DNA of 64,000 bases from Picochlorum sp. SENEW3 (taxonomy: Eukaryota): contig CP120456.1 in NCBI GenBank assembly GCA_034226945.1, positions 1,054,001-1,118,000 of the forward strand, in the 5' to 3' direction. The translations under genes were made by a program, and so were the position numbers. Every line of letters begins with the position of its first letter. Position 1 is the stretch's first letter. The notes below the pieces were generated by a model. That model worked only from the letters and a program-made list of their open reading frames with translations. It was not told the DNA's origin and made no database searches. Below are positions 49,421 through 61,399 of this stretch, piece by piece.

Positions 49421-49958
49421 TTGAAGAATAATAACTCTACAACGAAGAATGTAAAAACGTCTACTGATCCAGATCGCACACAGAACTAACAGCCAACCGA
49501 CTCACCTGGAAGTGCGACCCTGACAACGAGAGCATTGCGCTGCAAATAATGCAGCAATAGGTTACTTGTTGCACATATATTTATAATATATCCCTGATAT
49601 AGTGTTGGAAGGCAAACACGGCATCTCAGCGCTTCTTCTGACTTTGACGGTTGGGCTCGGATGGAGCAGTCCAGAACGTGCCACAAGCATATTTCGACGC
49701 TTGGATGGCAATTTTATATATTCTTATATATAGTGTATTGATTTGGTACACATGATATAAAGGTTATGGTGCTTGTGGATGGCCAACGGGCTTCATGACG
49801 GTTGGTGATTGTCTAAGCGGGAATGCCGCCATATTTTCAGAATGGGGTTTGGAAACACGGCGGTGATCCGGCTTATAAGCGGGAACGCCGCCGAGTTTTG
49901 GGGTTTTGGCCATTGGGCGCCACCCTCAAATACGGCGGTGATCCCGCTTATATATATA

Positions 49959-51036
49959 CAGTACCGTAGTGTCCGCAATTTTCGGAAGGAATTTGGAAAA
50001 CTGAAAATGGCCTAAATCCGAAAATCTTCGGAGTGCAAAACCACGAAACCAGTGATATACGGTGGATTTAAATATCAATTAATGTATAATTATGACATTC
50101 CCGAAGCGAAAATAGGATCAAATAGCGGTAGCGGGAGATATGGTCGGATTATTGTCTGGAGCCAACCTCTGGCCACACCTGGTCCTGCTGCAGCTGCTGA
50201 TGGCTCTACTTCTCATCGAAACACGGTTAATCTCTTTCCCGCCGATATCGTTGGCCTAATATCATCCTTATAACATTACCAGTCGTGCCTAAAGTGATAA
50301 TCGTCTGCAAAAACGTGGAAAGAGGCCCATACTCCCAGGACCACCCTGAGTGATCACCCCTGACTGGCCTCATTCGCGTGGCCCTGATGCTCACAAGCGC
50401 TCATGTCGCCATCTTATGTCTTCTATATGCATTAGATTTGACGTTCGCTGCCCAAGAGCGACATACCTCGCCTGTAGAGAGCCTGCTGTCTCTGGCAAGT
50501 CAACCAGTTTGGCAAAAGAGGTTTTCTGGCACTTATCTGCGAAATTTTCACACGATATCGTATTCTCGGCACTCTAAGAAGTTCTTTTATGGTCCTGGGT
50601 GGGTTTATCGGTGACAGAGGCCCTCCACTGAGGCGATGTCTCGGGCAACAGGGCAACCAACCCAACGACCCAACCCAAAATCGTCGACGTAAGTGGCCCT
50701 TTTTCTTCTTGGAATAGCAATATAATATTGAATTAGTGATATTTCAGGGGGCGAGGGAATTGAAACAGCACCCATTGTCCATCAAAGTCGCCACGAAGTG
50801 GTGTCGCCACGAGTCGCTCATTCGAGCGTCGTTGTTGATTTCTGAGAGTTTCAAAGGGCGGTTTCGAGCGGGAGAGGTACCACTGGAATCAGTAGAATTC
50901 AAGCTATTTTTCAAGCCTTATTTGACAGAATATCTCGCACTTTTGATCAAAGTATCGGGCTAAATCTCATATTTTCGGAAGGATTTCCACTTTTTGCAAG
51001 TCTCATTTCCGAAACATTACGGACACTACGGTACTG
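49959..51036. mobile_element. Non-autonomous Tc1/mariner(pogo)-type element inserted in the MULE right TIR
   Basis: 17-bp TIR CAGTACCGTAGTGTCCG / CGGACACTACGGTACTG within TA runs. Confidence 0.8.
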
Positions 51037-51459
51037 TATATATATAAGCGGGATCACCGCCGTATTTGAGGGTGGCGCCCAATGGCCAAAACCCCAAAAC
51101 TCGGCGGCGTTCCCGCTTATAAGCCGGATCACCGCCGTGTTTCCAAACCCCATTCTGAAAATATGGCGGCATTCCCGCTTAGACAATCACCAACCGTCAT
51201 GAAGCCCGTTGGCCATCCACAAGCACCATAACCTTTATATCATGTGTACCAAATCAATACACTATATATAAGAATATATAAAATTGCCATCCAAGCGTCG
51301 AAATATGCTTGTGGCACGTTCTGGACTGCTCCATCCGAGCCCAACCGTCAAAGTCAGAAGAAGCGCTGGTTTCGTGGTTTTGCACTCCGAAGATTTTCGG
51401 ATTTAGGCCATTTTCAGTTTTCCAAATTCCTTCCGAAAATTGCGGACACTACGGTACTG
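51037..51459 (-). repeat. Two-part inverted duplication of 49627..49958 and 49959..50052
   Basis: Reverse-complement identity; the parts join at a 3-bp CTG microhomology (51366-51368). Confidence 0.85.
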
Positions 51460-51547
51460 TATATATAAGCGGGAATGCCGCAGCACATGGCACTTACGGT
51501 TTTTCCCCCCTATAGGCCCGTAAAAAAATAAAAAAATAAAAAATGCT

Positions 51548-51810
51548 GATGCAATTCAGCAGCAGTCCGTGATCGGACACGCTGACCTGGAAAACATATT
51601 AAATATTATGAAAACTGTGATGCCCCATGGCATATACGACGGATCGAGCACGCAAGAATGGCAGGATCGGCTTGGGATTCATGACTATGCAAAAGTGTTT
51701 CATGCCGTGCCTACTTTGCATGTCAAGCACGGGATACCAGCTCCTCTATACCATCTGATTCTCTTAGGCATAACGAAAAACTTTATAAAATATTTGTGGG
51801 ATGGCCACGG
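51548..51810 (+). repeat. Fragment of the CACTA transposase (inverted copy of ~4146-4408)
   Basis: Encodes IGHADLENILNIMKT...LWDGHG, nearly identical to 3031..4593. Confidence 0.9.
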
Positions 51811-54109
51811 GCCTATAGGGGGGAATAACTTTATATAGCTGTAACCACAAACGCGATTCCCGCTTCCCTGCAACAGGATAAATTACACTGTGCACATAAA
51901 AGTGACTATAATTGTAATATAAGGTTATCGAGACTGCGAGGGGTACGAAGCCCGCCACGCCGCGTTCGCGAGCGTCGATTTAGCGAAAAATTCGCGTAAA
52001 TTCAGATGCCCGAATTTTTGTGGTGCCCCATTAACGCCATTGAAGCGCGATAGAAATACATCTATGTATGATACATCAGATAGTACATCATCCTGCTCAT
52101 TAATACCGCCCAGGGCTACAGGACGTGGCCAAATCTGGGCGTCATTAACGGTCGAATGTCCGTGCGCACCTCTGGTTGGTATCTGTGCCACAGTATTGGC
52201 TATCGATTAACCTATTGTGCTTTGATATTCCAGAAGAAATGGATTTCTGGATTCTCTGTCGACGCTGGCGGGTATCAGAGGCAGCTCAGGGGAGCATATA
52301 GTGCCACACTTGGTCTCCCATCGCACGCTGCTTTTGACCGAGGATATTTTAATTCGCATGATGTTTTGCGAACGGTCAAAGATCCAGTGTGATGGGATGC
52401 TGATATTCATAGATAGAGAGTATCAACCCGTCCGTTCAAATTGGCATTTTAATAGGTGACATTCGTCGATTCATTACACCTGAGTTTGGGCCAAGGTTGT
52501 CATTGCTCAAGGCTAACTGCACCATATTTCATCGCCCAGGGGGGAACATATTCTACAGCAATCTGCCATGTTTTGGTGCATATTTGCTCCTGAATGCCAT
52601 CTATCGTGACACTTCCATGCGCAAATGTCATAAAGACCAGATGCTGCAATGCTCATGCAGCCAAGTCATCTCTCAAATGGAACAGTTACAGCCAACACTT
52701 CAATGCCAAGCATCATGGAAACATATACAGTCGCGATAAGCGAGTGATATCCGTGAGCAGTACGAGTTTCTGCGGATTGTATGCAAGTGCTGATGGTCCT
52801 GAGGCCATCCACACCGCAGCCTATTTCCAATGAAGGTGGGCGTCAGTATCTCCGTCAGTTCCTGCGGTACGAATGTATCGAAACCGTATCATGAACTTGT
52901 TGATCTCTAGAGTATGCCTTCGGACTTCTGTCGGTCCATAACAAGCTCGTTTGTGCCACTGTCCGCTCAAATGCTTGCATGTCACCATATTGCTTTCTTA
53001 TGGCTCTCAGTGCGGTGCTGTTGTGGTCATGATGCGCGATGCATTAGCCCAAGGCTCATATGTACATGAAATTGTGAACGTGACGATTGATGGCCAATAT
53101 AGCTGCTCATTATTGGCACAGAGGCAACAATACAAACCTCATAGCAGTAGAATCAATGTGGTTCTCTCGAGCTGTGACATTTGATCATGAAGATCAAGCA
53201 TGCCATCGAGATTGGTGTGTGTTCTGATTCTAGACAGAATCAATGTAGGTGCAGCGCTTCAGCGGGGGTTGATGTTGAATATGAAAGCAGTTACATTGCA
53301 AGCCTTTCCCTCCTACTGAAGAGATATATGTACCAGTTTGCAGATGGGGGATGTGACAGCGTACATTTCCAGTCGTGGCCTGGATTTCCTTCGCAGGGTA
53401 CACAATATACTGCCTTGTCACTCTCGTGTCGTTGCCGACACAGAGAAAAACGTTCAACCTTCACACGCAGTGAGGTTCGATAGAAGATGGGGTAGAGCAC
53501 CAACCAATGTACAGAAGATTATCTCTTCTTTCACAGGATAGTTTGAATTAGAGGTTGCCACATGAGGTTCAAATCTTCTCAGTATATTGAAATGACCATG
53601 ATGACTAGATTTCTCCTAGGGATCTCATTTCCCTAGATGTTTACAAGAGATCTCCTCCCACAGGGACGTAGCTCTCTGCTACAGGGGATGTGAGTCCAAC
53701 AATGGAAACGCAGGTCTGCTCAGCCGATTCACGGATTTGGGAGATTTGTATCGATATCAGGCAATGCGAAACCGCAAATAGAGCTTTGATGGCGTGTCGA
53801 CAACTGCATTTGTGCAATGCCAGTTGATCCAGTGATCAGTCTATACTGCTGTAGTGCAAAGGATTTTCTAGGATCATGTGAATTAGAACGGATGTCAAAG
53901 AAACCCAGAACGCTTGGAAATCCATACAAAGGACCATACAAGGTTTCAGTCTCACCACAGAATTGTCAGTACATGCATGTTCCCAGCCCATGGGGCTTGG
54001 CCAAACCTGGCCTACTGAAAGGGCGGTCCATCCGCCCTTTCCATCCAAACATCACTATGTCGATTGAAGTGTCACGAGACTCACGTCAATAAGGGGCCCG
54101 CGAGAATGT
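51807..54109 (+). mobile_element. Non-autonomous derivative of the Helitron-like element
   Basis: The 5' ~440 bp match 44740-45171 plus 51508-51521 (inverted); the 3' ~100 bp match 30263-30357 (inverted), including the hairpin. Confidence 0.8.
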
Positions 54110-54329
54110 CATGCTCATAGCAAGAGACACTTGTCCAGAGTTGTGAATCCCATCTGATCCTGCCACTCGTTCAGGGCTGATCCGTCAGGCATTCCATTCG
54201 ATACAACAATTGTTTTGTCGAAAAATCTGTTGGTCTGTCGTTACGAGACCTTTGAGACATGCTGCCAGGAGAAAGTACAACCTCTGTAGCAGTCCCTCTC
54301 AAGCACACATCTGGACCTTGTCTGTTGCT

Positions 54330-54700
54330 TTGGCATCTTAGGAGACGAGCCCACCAATGCTTCACTACCATACCAAACTGGTATGTGTTAGAGTATAGCA
54401 ATGGATTGGGCTCCCAAATGCTTGAGATTCATCGCCAATGCCGATCGACCATATGTAGACTGCCCATTCCGTCCCCTGCTTTGAGTTGCTCTTCTGTCAG
54501 CCATTTGAACCACTCAGACGTGTACAACGACTCTATTTTCGGCCACTTCTGTCCTGAATCCTATAATTTTTGTTAATTGAATAGATTCCTGATATAGTTT
54601 AGTGGACCCCAAAGTTGTGAGAGTGCTGCAAGGGTTCCCACTGCTAGCTGCCTAAAGTCTGTTTGTACTCCATCCAACTCCTCCATCTTCATCTGTATCC
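54330..54700 (-). pseudogene. Diverged TNP2-like transposase remnant
   Basis: CCATTTGAACCACTCAGACGTGTACA and GGACCCCAAAG..AGTGCTGCA match ~4971-5110. Confidence 0.5.
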
Positions 54701-54979
54701 GTGTCTTTACAGAACGGAGCACTACTATTGTAACGCAAAAGCATTTATGGACTTCATCCGTTTAAAGCCTGCAATATTTTTGGTCTTTCGCAGCAGACGA
54801 ACTACTCCATAGTGAAATGAACCTTGTGGTGGATCAACTGCAAGAGACACGTCACAGACGGAGGCAAGATAAGCTAATATCAGCACCCATGGTACTACTT
54901 ACTCAGGATTCGTCTTATTCGTGTCATCAGAAATCACCAGGACAGGCTGAGTTCTGGAGCTTCCGGGGAGGAGTGAGTC

Positions 54980-57107
54980 CTCCACTACACTTGCAGAAGA
55001 TGAACCTGGTGTTGCAGAAGCTCCCTGCATTGTAACCTCCGGACGAGTATTCCTTCGTCTTTACAGCGACCAGAAAGAACTGTGGAAATGAGATAAATTC
55101 GCTGATCATCGACGATCTGCACAAAGTCAAAGAAGAACATCTTGAATTTGATGGAAGGGCCAAAACTCTCATGTCTGACCCAATACACAAGCAAGCACTC
55201 GACACTGTCAAAGTGTCAAACATGTACACGAGGAGAACAGTCAGTTGAAGAGACCGCTCTCTAAGAAAGATAAGGTAGAGGATGACGCCAAGGCAGAAAG
55301 GGATATCCTCAAGAAACATGTGGCAGAACTCCAGAAGGAAGTGAAGAAACTGTTTTAGAGCAGGCGTCCAGGGGCAAAGCGTGGTGACTAACGCAGGATT
55401 GTGGCAACGAATACGCTAAAATATGTATCACAGGTGACATCCAGGTGACGGAGGCCTCTCGAGGATGCACAAGACAAAGAGAATTGACCCACATCATGGC
55501 ACCCTGGAGATGCACAAGTGAGCCGTGCGGTTGGGTTGGACGGGTATAGTTTTTTCCAAGTAAATATTTAGCACTACCCATACAGCCTCAGAATGATACA
55601 GTATCAATAAATAAACAATATACTATAATGTAAGTTCCAAATTCGTAGCAGAGCGACTCGCTCACAACGTGACCAACGACATTCCATCACTAACGACCAC
55701 CCTTGTATATGTGCCTGCAGGTATAGAGTCCCTCTAACCACGTCGCCAAACAATTAATAAAGGTAAGAACTGACAATTATGTGTGGTGCAGGTGTGAATA
55801 GACGTGGCATGGAGAGGACTCGCCGTCTGGCAACAGACGGTTAACGGTTTTTCCCCAATGGTCGCCCCAGTGCCTAGAGTGGCACAACAAGGGGTGATCA
55901 TTGGTGAAAAAGCAATGAATCAATCGAATTGTAAAGTATCGTGTAAAAAGAATTTAAAAATCGAGCAGCCCCGGAGGGGGCGAGCAACGATCTGTCGTAA
56001 TTAGATATATTAAGTACAACCCGGCTGCGAAAATTTGGGGCAAATCCGCTTCAGGCACTTAAAGAGACCGAAATGATCAAGACTCGATCCTCCGTACTGC
56101 GACCGTTTCAGGCACTACCGCCGCTCTAAAAAGTTGCATTAAATAAATATAATAAATAATTAAAAAAACCTTTGGTACAATTTCTGCAAGGTCTTTTGGA
56201 CCTCCCCTGTGGCCTCGTGTGGGTCTGAGCGACCCGTGCGTTGTTAACGCTCGAGTGATACAACCCACGCGGGAAACACGCCCGACAAGGTTGGAGCATG
56301 CCACACTCTGATAACCTTGACAGGTATGCTTTAATTTTACAGAACCATTGCTTACAAGACGCCGGAACAAACGCCGAGTAGCCCAAGAATGACCAACACC
56401 ATTCTGTGAACACAACTCGCGGGTCAGGACCAGCTGCAACAAGTATGCAACAACGAGGAGGGAAAACGACGAGATTGGGAGTAACTAGTCTGTCCCTGAC
56501 AAGGGTGTGACTGATGCATTGAAGAGAGACTAAAGTCAGATTTGCTGGAAGTATGACGGTCCTACTGCTCCTGTACGGTTTAGTGGTACCAAGAGTAAAA
56601 ATTCACAACCTGGAGCAGTCGTCATACAGACGGTCGAGGAAATCTGTTTCATTCACTATGCTACACTGGCTCAAACAAAACACTACAGAGAAGTATGTCC
56701 AATGGACAAGGTACAGGTCAGGAGGTTTTTTATCCCTTGATAAATTTCTCAACATTTTATTTAGGGATTTCCTCCTGTGGGGCTTGTATGATTTGGAGGA
56801 AATTCGTCATATTTTTCGACTGTGTAATAATCCCTATTAAAATTAATACTTGAAAGTTCATATTGTATCCTGGGAACGGCGTTGTTCCGCCGAGAGCACA
56901 GCTTTTATACGCTCAGTTTCAAGCGCATCTGCACATCCCTCCCAGAGGCGAACTCCCGATTGCGCTAACCATTTGGCGTCAAATTTTCACGAAATACTCT
57001 ATTTGTAACACTGATCAATAATATATACGAGCGGGAATATATAACGCCCTGTACGCGAAGAAATCAGCGACCCAAAATCAAGGGGACTGCCATCCTTTCT
57101 GTAAGTG
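54980..57107. mobile_element. Partial copy of the CACTA element right arm, ending in its TIR
   Basis: Direct repeat of ~7130-8550 ending CCATCCTTTCTGTAAGTG at 57107; interrupted by a ~700-bp insertion. Confidence 0.88.
56141..56845 (+). mobile_element. Insertion ending in a LINE 3' UTR
   Basis: Absent at the equivalent site (~8287); ~56540-56840 is homologous to the reverse complement of ~29384-29690. Confidence 0.65.
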
Positions 57108-57481
57108 CCAGTGACTCGCGAGTCGCCGGTATACCGGCCCTCGAAAACTGAAAAGTTTTAATTTTTCATTTTCTTTCCGAATTTGTGGTCGGGGGGCGAT
57201 ATCTTTATGGCCGTGACTCTTCGAATTCGTGTTTTTCGCGTTGTTTTCGCGAGATTCTGACCATTTTTACGATCCAGCGACTCGAATGACACCTTAATAC
57301 AGTATTACATTGATTTAGGGGTGCGAGGAAATTTAATATGCGCCAGGGGAGCCGAGGGAGCGACATCGTGAAAAAGTTTGGAAGCCTATTACCGGCCCTC
57401 GAAATATTCGTCATATTTTTCGTCTGTGTAATAATCCCCTATAAAAAAAGATTGCCTCATAAAAAAGACTGGAACACGGCA

Positions 57482-58459
57482 ATGTCTGTGCCGCAACGTT
57501 TCTTCCGACCAACTAGAAAAATCCCGGTACTTATCTTTGAATGGATGGCTCGTCCGAGTTGGCAGCACATCCGGATATTGTCGTTCTTGACTCCATGTCT
57601 CTTGATTTTATGTGCTCTACAATTAGAACCACGTTATTTCGAAGGGAAGAAAAAATTGGATTGGTTGGTCTACATGAGTGTTGGTGGGTCAGAAGAGTCA
57701 CTAAAGATGATGGATTTCGCCATCAGCACCCTGTATTGGCACCAGGAAAACACAGATATCCAAACAATTGTATTGATTGATCCAAAGTTGCTCTCAGGTC
57801 TTGTGGAACCACATAACCGACCAAGTCATGTCGACTTTGTTCCGTGGGAATCATTAATTCCTACAAATTCCATCAGGAAGAGGGATAAAAAAGTTGTATC
57901 AAGCATGCGCAAATTGGAAATTTTCAACGCTTACCCTCTCATCCATCAGTTCAAAAGCGTATTATATCTCGATATTGATATGGTGATCGTGAATAGCCTC
58001 AAACCTCTTTATAAAACAGTCACATCTGATGCCAAAAAGTTACACGTGGTCATGGAAAGCCCTGTCAGTCTAGAGCCATATAAGAACATATTTTACAGTA
58101 ATTTAGACTATACAGATGTGGAAAAGAAGATTATGTCTACTCGTCCAGGTTTTAGTGCAGGTCTGTTTGCCTTTGTTCCATCAAAGGAAATGGAAATTCA
58201 CTTCGATAAAGTTTTGCAACTGGTATATGAACACAAGTCCGAGATCCACGAATTTTATGAGCAGACGCATATGAACAAATACTTTGGATTGAATTCAATC
58301 GTTAATGAATCGTTATCGCAATATTACACAAGCCAACAGGAGTACAACAAAACTGGAACGAGGGTTGTTCTGGCCCACTTTCCTGGTGCAAACCAAGAAC
58401 TTGATTTGAAGTACCAGAGAATGAAACACTTTTGGAAATCGTTCATTGATTGTATTTAG
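57482..58459 (+). CDS. GT8-like (GT-A fold) glycosyltransferase with an N-terminal membrane anchor
   Basis: RKLEIF, VLYLDIDMVIVNSL (DxD), FSAGLFAFVPS, EQTHMN, HFPG; start codon uncertain. Confidence 0.8.
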   Translation: MSVPQRFFRPTRKIPVLIFEWMARPSWQHIRILSFLTPCLLILCALQLEPRYFEGKKKLDWLVYMSVGGSEESLKMMDFAISTLYWHQENTDIQTIVLIDPKLLSGLVEPHNRPSHVDFVPWESLIPTNSIRKRDKKVVSSMRKLEIFNAYPLIHQFKSVLYLDIDMVIVNSLKPLYKTVTSDAKKLHVVMESPVSLEPYKNIFYSNLDYTDVEKKIMSTRPGFSAGLFAFVPSKEMEIHFDKVLQLVYEHKSEIHEFYEQTHMNKYFGLNSIVNESLSQYYTSQQEYNKTGTRVVLAHFPGANQELDLKYQRMKHFWKSFIDCI

Positions 58460-58689
58460 TGTGGCTTAATACAGTATTACTGTATTACTGTATTGAATAC
58501 AACAACTTGCCAGGGGCTCGTGGGGTTTACATGGGAAGTAGTGAGATATTTCGCATCAATGCAACATGAACTCTCGCTTCGTTGCTCATCCAGATGTGAG
58601 GAAGGGGAGGCAGACAGATGGCCAAACTCCATTTCTGTTGACTTAACACTCTCATTGTACCATGATGCTATTTGACACTGCATCTACGA

Positions 58690-58915
58690 TGATGAGGACC
58701 TCCCGCCCGGTCCCGCTGGGACTATGGACCACCCTGGGTTTGATGGAGTGGTTGACAACTTTGGTCACCACCATCATTCGGCTGCCATTGGACACGCCCA
58801 TGGTGATGTTGCGAAGGGCAATGAAGGGGGCCCCAGCCTTGAGCCTGATGACGTGTGGAGGCAGGCCACTCTCCTTGATCCTGGCGACATACTCCTCTGG
58901 GTATTCATTGTCCCT
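58690..58915 (-). pseudogene. Fragment of a canonical Helitron Pif1 helicase (different family from the RepHel at 30991)
   Basis: Translates to YPEEYVARIKESGLPPHVIRLKAGAPFIALRNITMGVSNGSRMMVTKV. Confidence 0.75.
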
Positions 58916-59004
58916 CTGGTACCAGAGGTTGATATATCAATTATAACCTTTATAAAGGAAATAAGGATCCCGACCGGACCACGCCAGCTGGCCTCTTGTG
59001 GGTA

Positions 59005-59125
59005 ATAATTAGTGTGGGTTACAGTACCAGCCTGGGAGTTCCCGGTCGATGGAGGAATTCGTCCGTCGGAGGCCCCACTCCAGACATCATTGGCGAAAAG
59101 GAAAAATTAAGAAAAACAGAGAAAA
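59005..59125 (-). repeat. LINE 3'-end fragment
   Basis: Reverse complement of ~62900-63021. Confidence 0.8.
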
Positions 59126-60570
59126 CATTGTCGCGGGCCCCTTATTGACGCGAGTCTCATGACATTTCAATCGATATAGTGATGTCTGGATGGACCGCCC
59201 TTTCAGTAGGCCAGGTTTGGCCAAGCCCTGGGTTGGGAACATGCATTTACTGACAATCCTGTGGTGAGACTGAAACTTTGTATGGTCCTTAATATGTATT
59301 TCTAAGCGTTCTTGGTTTCTTTGGCACCCATTGTAATTCACAAGATCCTTGGAAGTCCTTTGCATTATAGCAGTGTAGACTGATCACTGGATCAACTGGC
59401 ATTGCACAAATGCAGTTGTCGACACGCCATCAAAGCTCTATTTGCTATTTGTCATTGCCTGATATCGATACAAATCTCCCAAATCCGTGAATCGGCTGAG
59501 CAGACCTGCGTTTCCATTGTTGGACTCACATCCCCTGTAGCAGAGAGCTACGTCCCTGTGGGAGGAGATCTCTTGTAAACATCTAGGGAAATGAGATCCC
59601 TAGGAGAAATCTAGTCATCATGGTCATTTCAATATACTGAGAAGATTTGAACCTCATGTGGCAACCTCTAATTCAAACTATCCTGTGAAAGAAGAGATAA
59701 TCTTCTGTACATTGGTTGGTGCTCTACCCCATCTTCTATCGAACCTCACTGCGTGTGAAGGTTGAACGTTTTTCTCTGTGTCGGCAACGACACGAGAGTG
59801 ACAAGGCAGTATATTGTGTACCCTGCGAAGGAAATCCAGGCCACGACTGGAAATGTACGCTGTCACATCCCCCATCTGCAAACTGGTACATATATCTCTT
59901 CAGTAGGAGGGAAAGGCTTGCAATGTAACTGCTTTCATATTCAACATCAACCCTCGCTGAAGCGCTGCATCCAAATTGATTCTGTCTAGAATCAGAACAC
60001 ATACCAATCTCGATGGCATGCTTGATCCTCATGATCAAACGTCACAGCCTGAGAGAACCACATGGATCCTACTGCTATGAGCTTTGTATTGTTGCCTCTG
60101 TGCCAATAACGAGCAGCTATATGGGCCATCAATCGTCACGTTCACAATTTCATGTACATATGAGCCTTGGGCTAATGCATCGCGCATCATGGCCACAACA
60201 GCACCGCACTGAGAGCCATAAGAAAGCAATATGGTGACATGCAAGCATTTGAGCGGACAGTGGCACAAACGAGCTTGTTATGGACCGACAGAAGTCCGAA
60301 GGCATACTCTAGAGATCAACAAGTGCATGATACGGTTGCGATACATTCGTACCGCAGGAATTGACGGAGATACTGACGCCCACCTTCATTGGAAATAGAC
60401 TGTGGTGTAGATGGCCTTAGGACCACCAGCGCTTGCATACAATCTGCAGATAATCGTACTGCTCACGAATAGTACGTATCGCAACTGTATATGTGTTTTC
60501 ACGATGCTTGGCATTGGAGTGTTGGCTGTCTTTTTTACGGCGTAGTCGTAACTGTTCCATTTGAGAGAGA
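59125..60570 (-). mobile_element. Second copy (3' part) of the non-autonomous Helitron derivative
   Basis: Reverse complement of ~52670-54109 with the same terminus. Confidence 0.85.
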
Positions 60571-61399
60571 CAGGGTCGACCTGGCGCACGCCTGCTTCAA
60601 ATTTTCTGCGTTTGCAGAAGGCTCCATTACAGTAGACCTGGCTATACGTATTCTCCAGCAAGACTGCGATCCAGTGTTGGAGTGAGGGAGGCATCTGCAA
60701 GCATTGGCAAATTTTCATGAGAAATCGTCGATCAACCTTATCATAGGCTTTCGAAAAGTCTAATCAAAGACAGATTCAGTTGCTGATTTGGCATACCCTG
60801 GAACTCCACATGCAGTACAAATAGATCTGCTGGAGCAAACGGATTTACTATAACAGCAAGACTCCAAAACAAATTATCATATTTAAGAAAACGAATATGA
60901 TTCTTGGCTTGGATTCATATTTGCCCTCCAGTCGGGCATCGCTCCACATTTCCATTTGCTGCTTAGCAGATTTCATGCTCGAGCAGAGAACTCTCTAAAT
61001 GCACTCAATGGATATATTAACACCCACTGACCTGATGATAGATTTCTCAGTGGTGACCTTAAAACGTTGGAAAGGATAACATCACTCATGAGCCTACTGG
61101 GTATTCCCTCAAAATCACCGAATCCCGGGTACATAGCAGTGGCCCGTAGATACCGTCGCCATTTATTGAAATATATCACTTAGTGTAGCTTGACATGGGC
61201 ATCATCTTCTTGTGAGATGAACAGATCATAATGTCTGGCATTAATCCTGAACAGTTCCAAAGTTCTTCCCCGAGAGTGCTTGACGTGGAAAAGTTTCGTC
61301 TTTAATATTCAACTGGGTTGGGAAATCAATATCGCATGCCAAACTCGACAATTTCCCAAATGATCTGTGTGGAGATGTCAAAGTAGCAGTAATATTATC

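Larger units (their letters stand above)
45172..51498 (+). mobile_element. Mutator-like element (MULE) inserted in the Helitron 5' end
   Basis: ~190-bp TIRs (45172-45359; 49811-49950 plus 51460-51498); 9-bp TSD GTTTTTCCC at 45163-45171 and 51499-51507. Confidence 0.88.
30263..51521 (-). mobile_element. Large multi-gene Helitron-like element (~9 kb after removing the nested Gypsy and MULE)
   Basis: Contains RepHel; both termini recur on 51807..54109 (5' ACGGGCCTATAGGGGGGAA, 3' ...AAGGGGCCCGCGAGAATGT); subterminal hairpin GAAAGGGCGG-atgga-CCGCCCTTTC. Confidence 0.8.

Noticed and set aside
51503..51825. Apparent mini-transposon with 19-bp TIRs (TTCCCCCCTATAGGCCCGT) around a transposase fragment
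   Set aside because: Removing the MULE shows these are the 5' ends of two Helitron-family copies lying back to back
30263..54109. Fanzor/TnpB or TET/JBP cargo
   Set aside because: No RuvC D-E-D with zinc finger and no HxD..H dioxygenase motif was recognisable in any ORF
57338..57481. N-terminal extension of the GT8 ORF
   Set aside because: It runs through a LINE 3' tail fragment (57405-57449), so it is probably a fortuitous open frame
60600..61370. Possible decayed gene
   Set aside because: No recognisable motif or sustained reading frame
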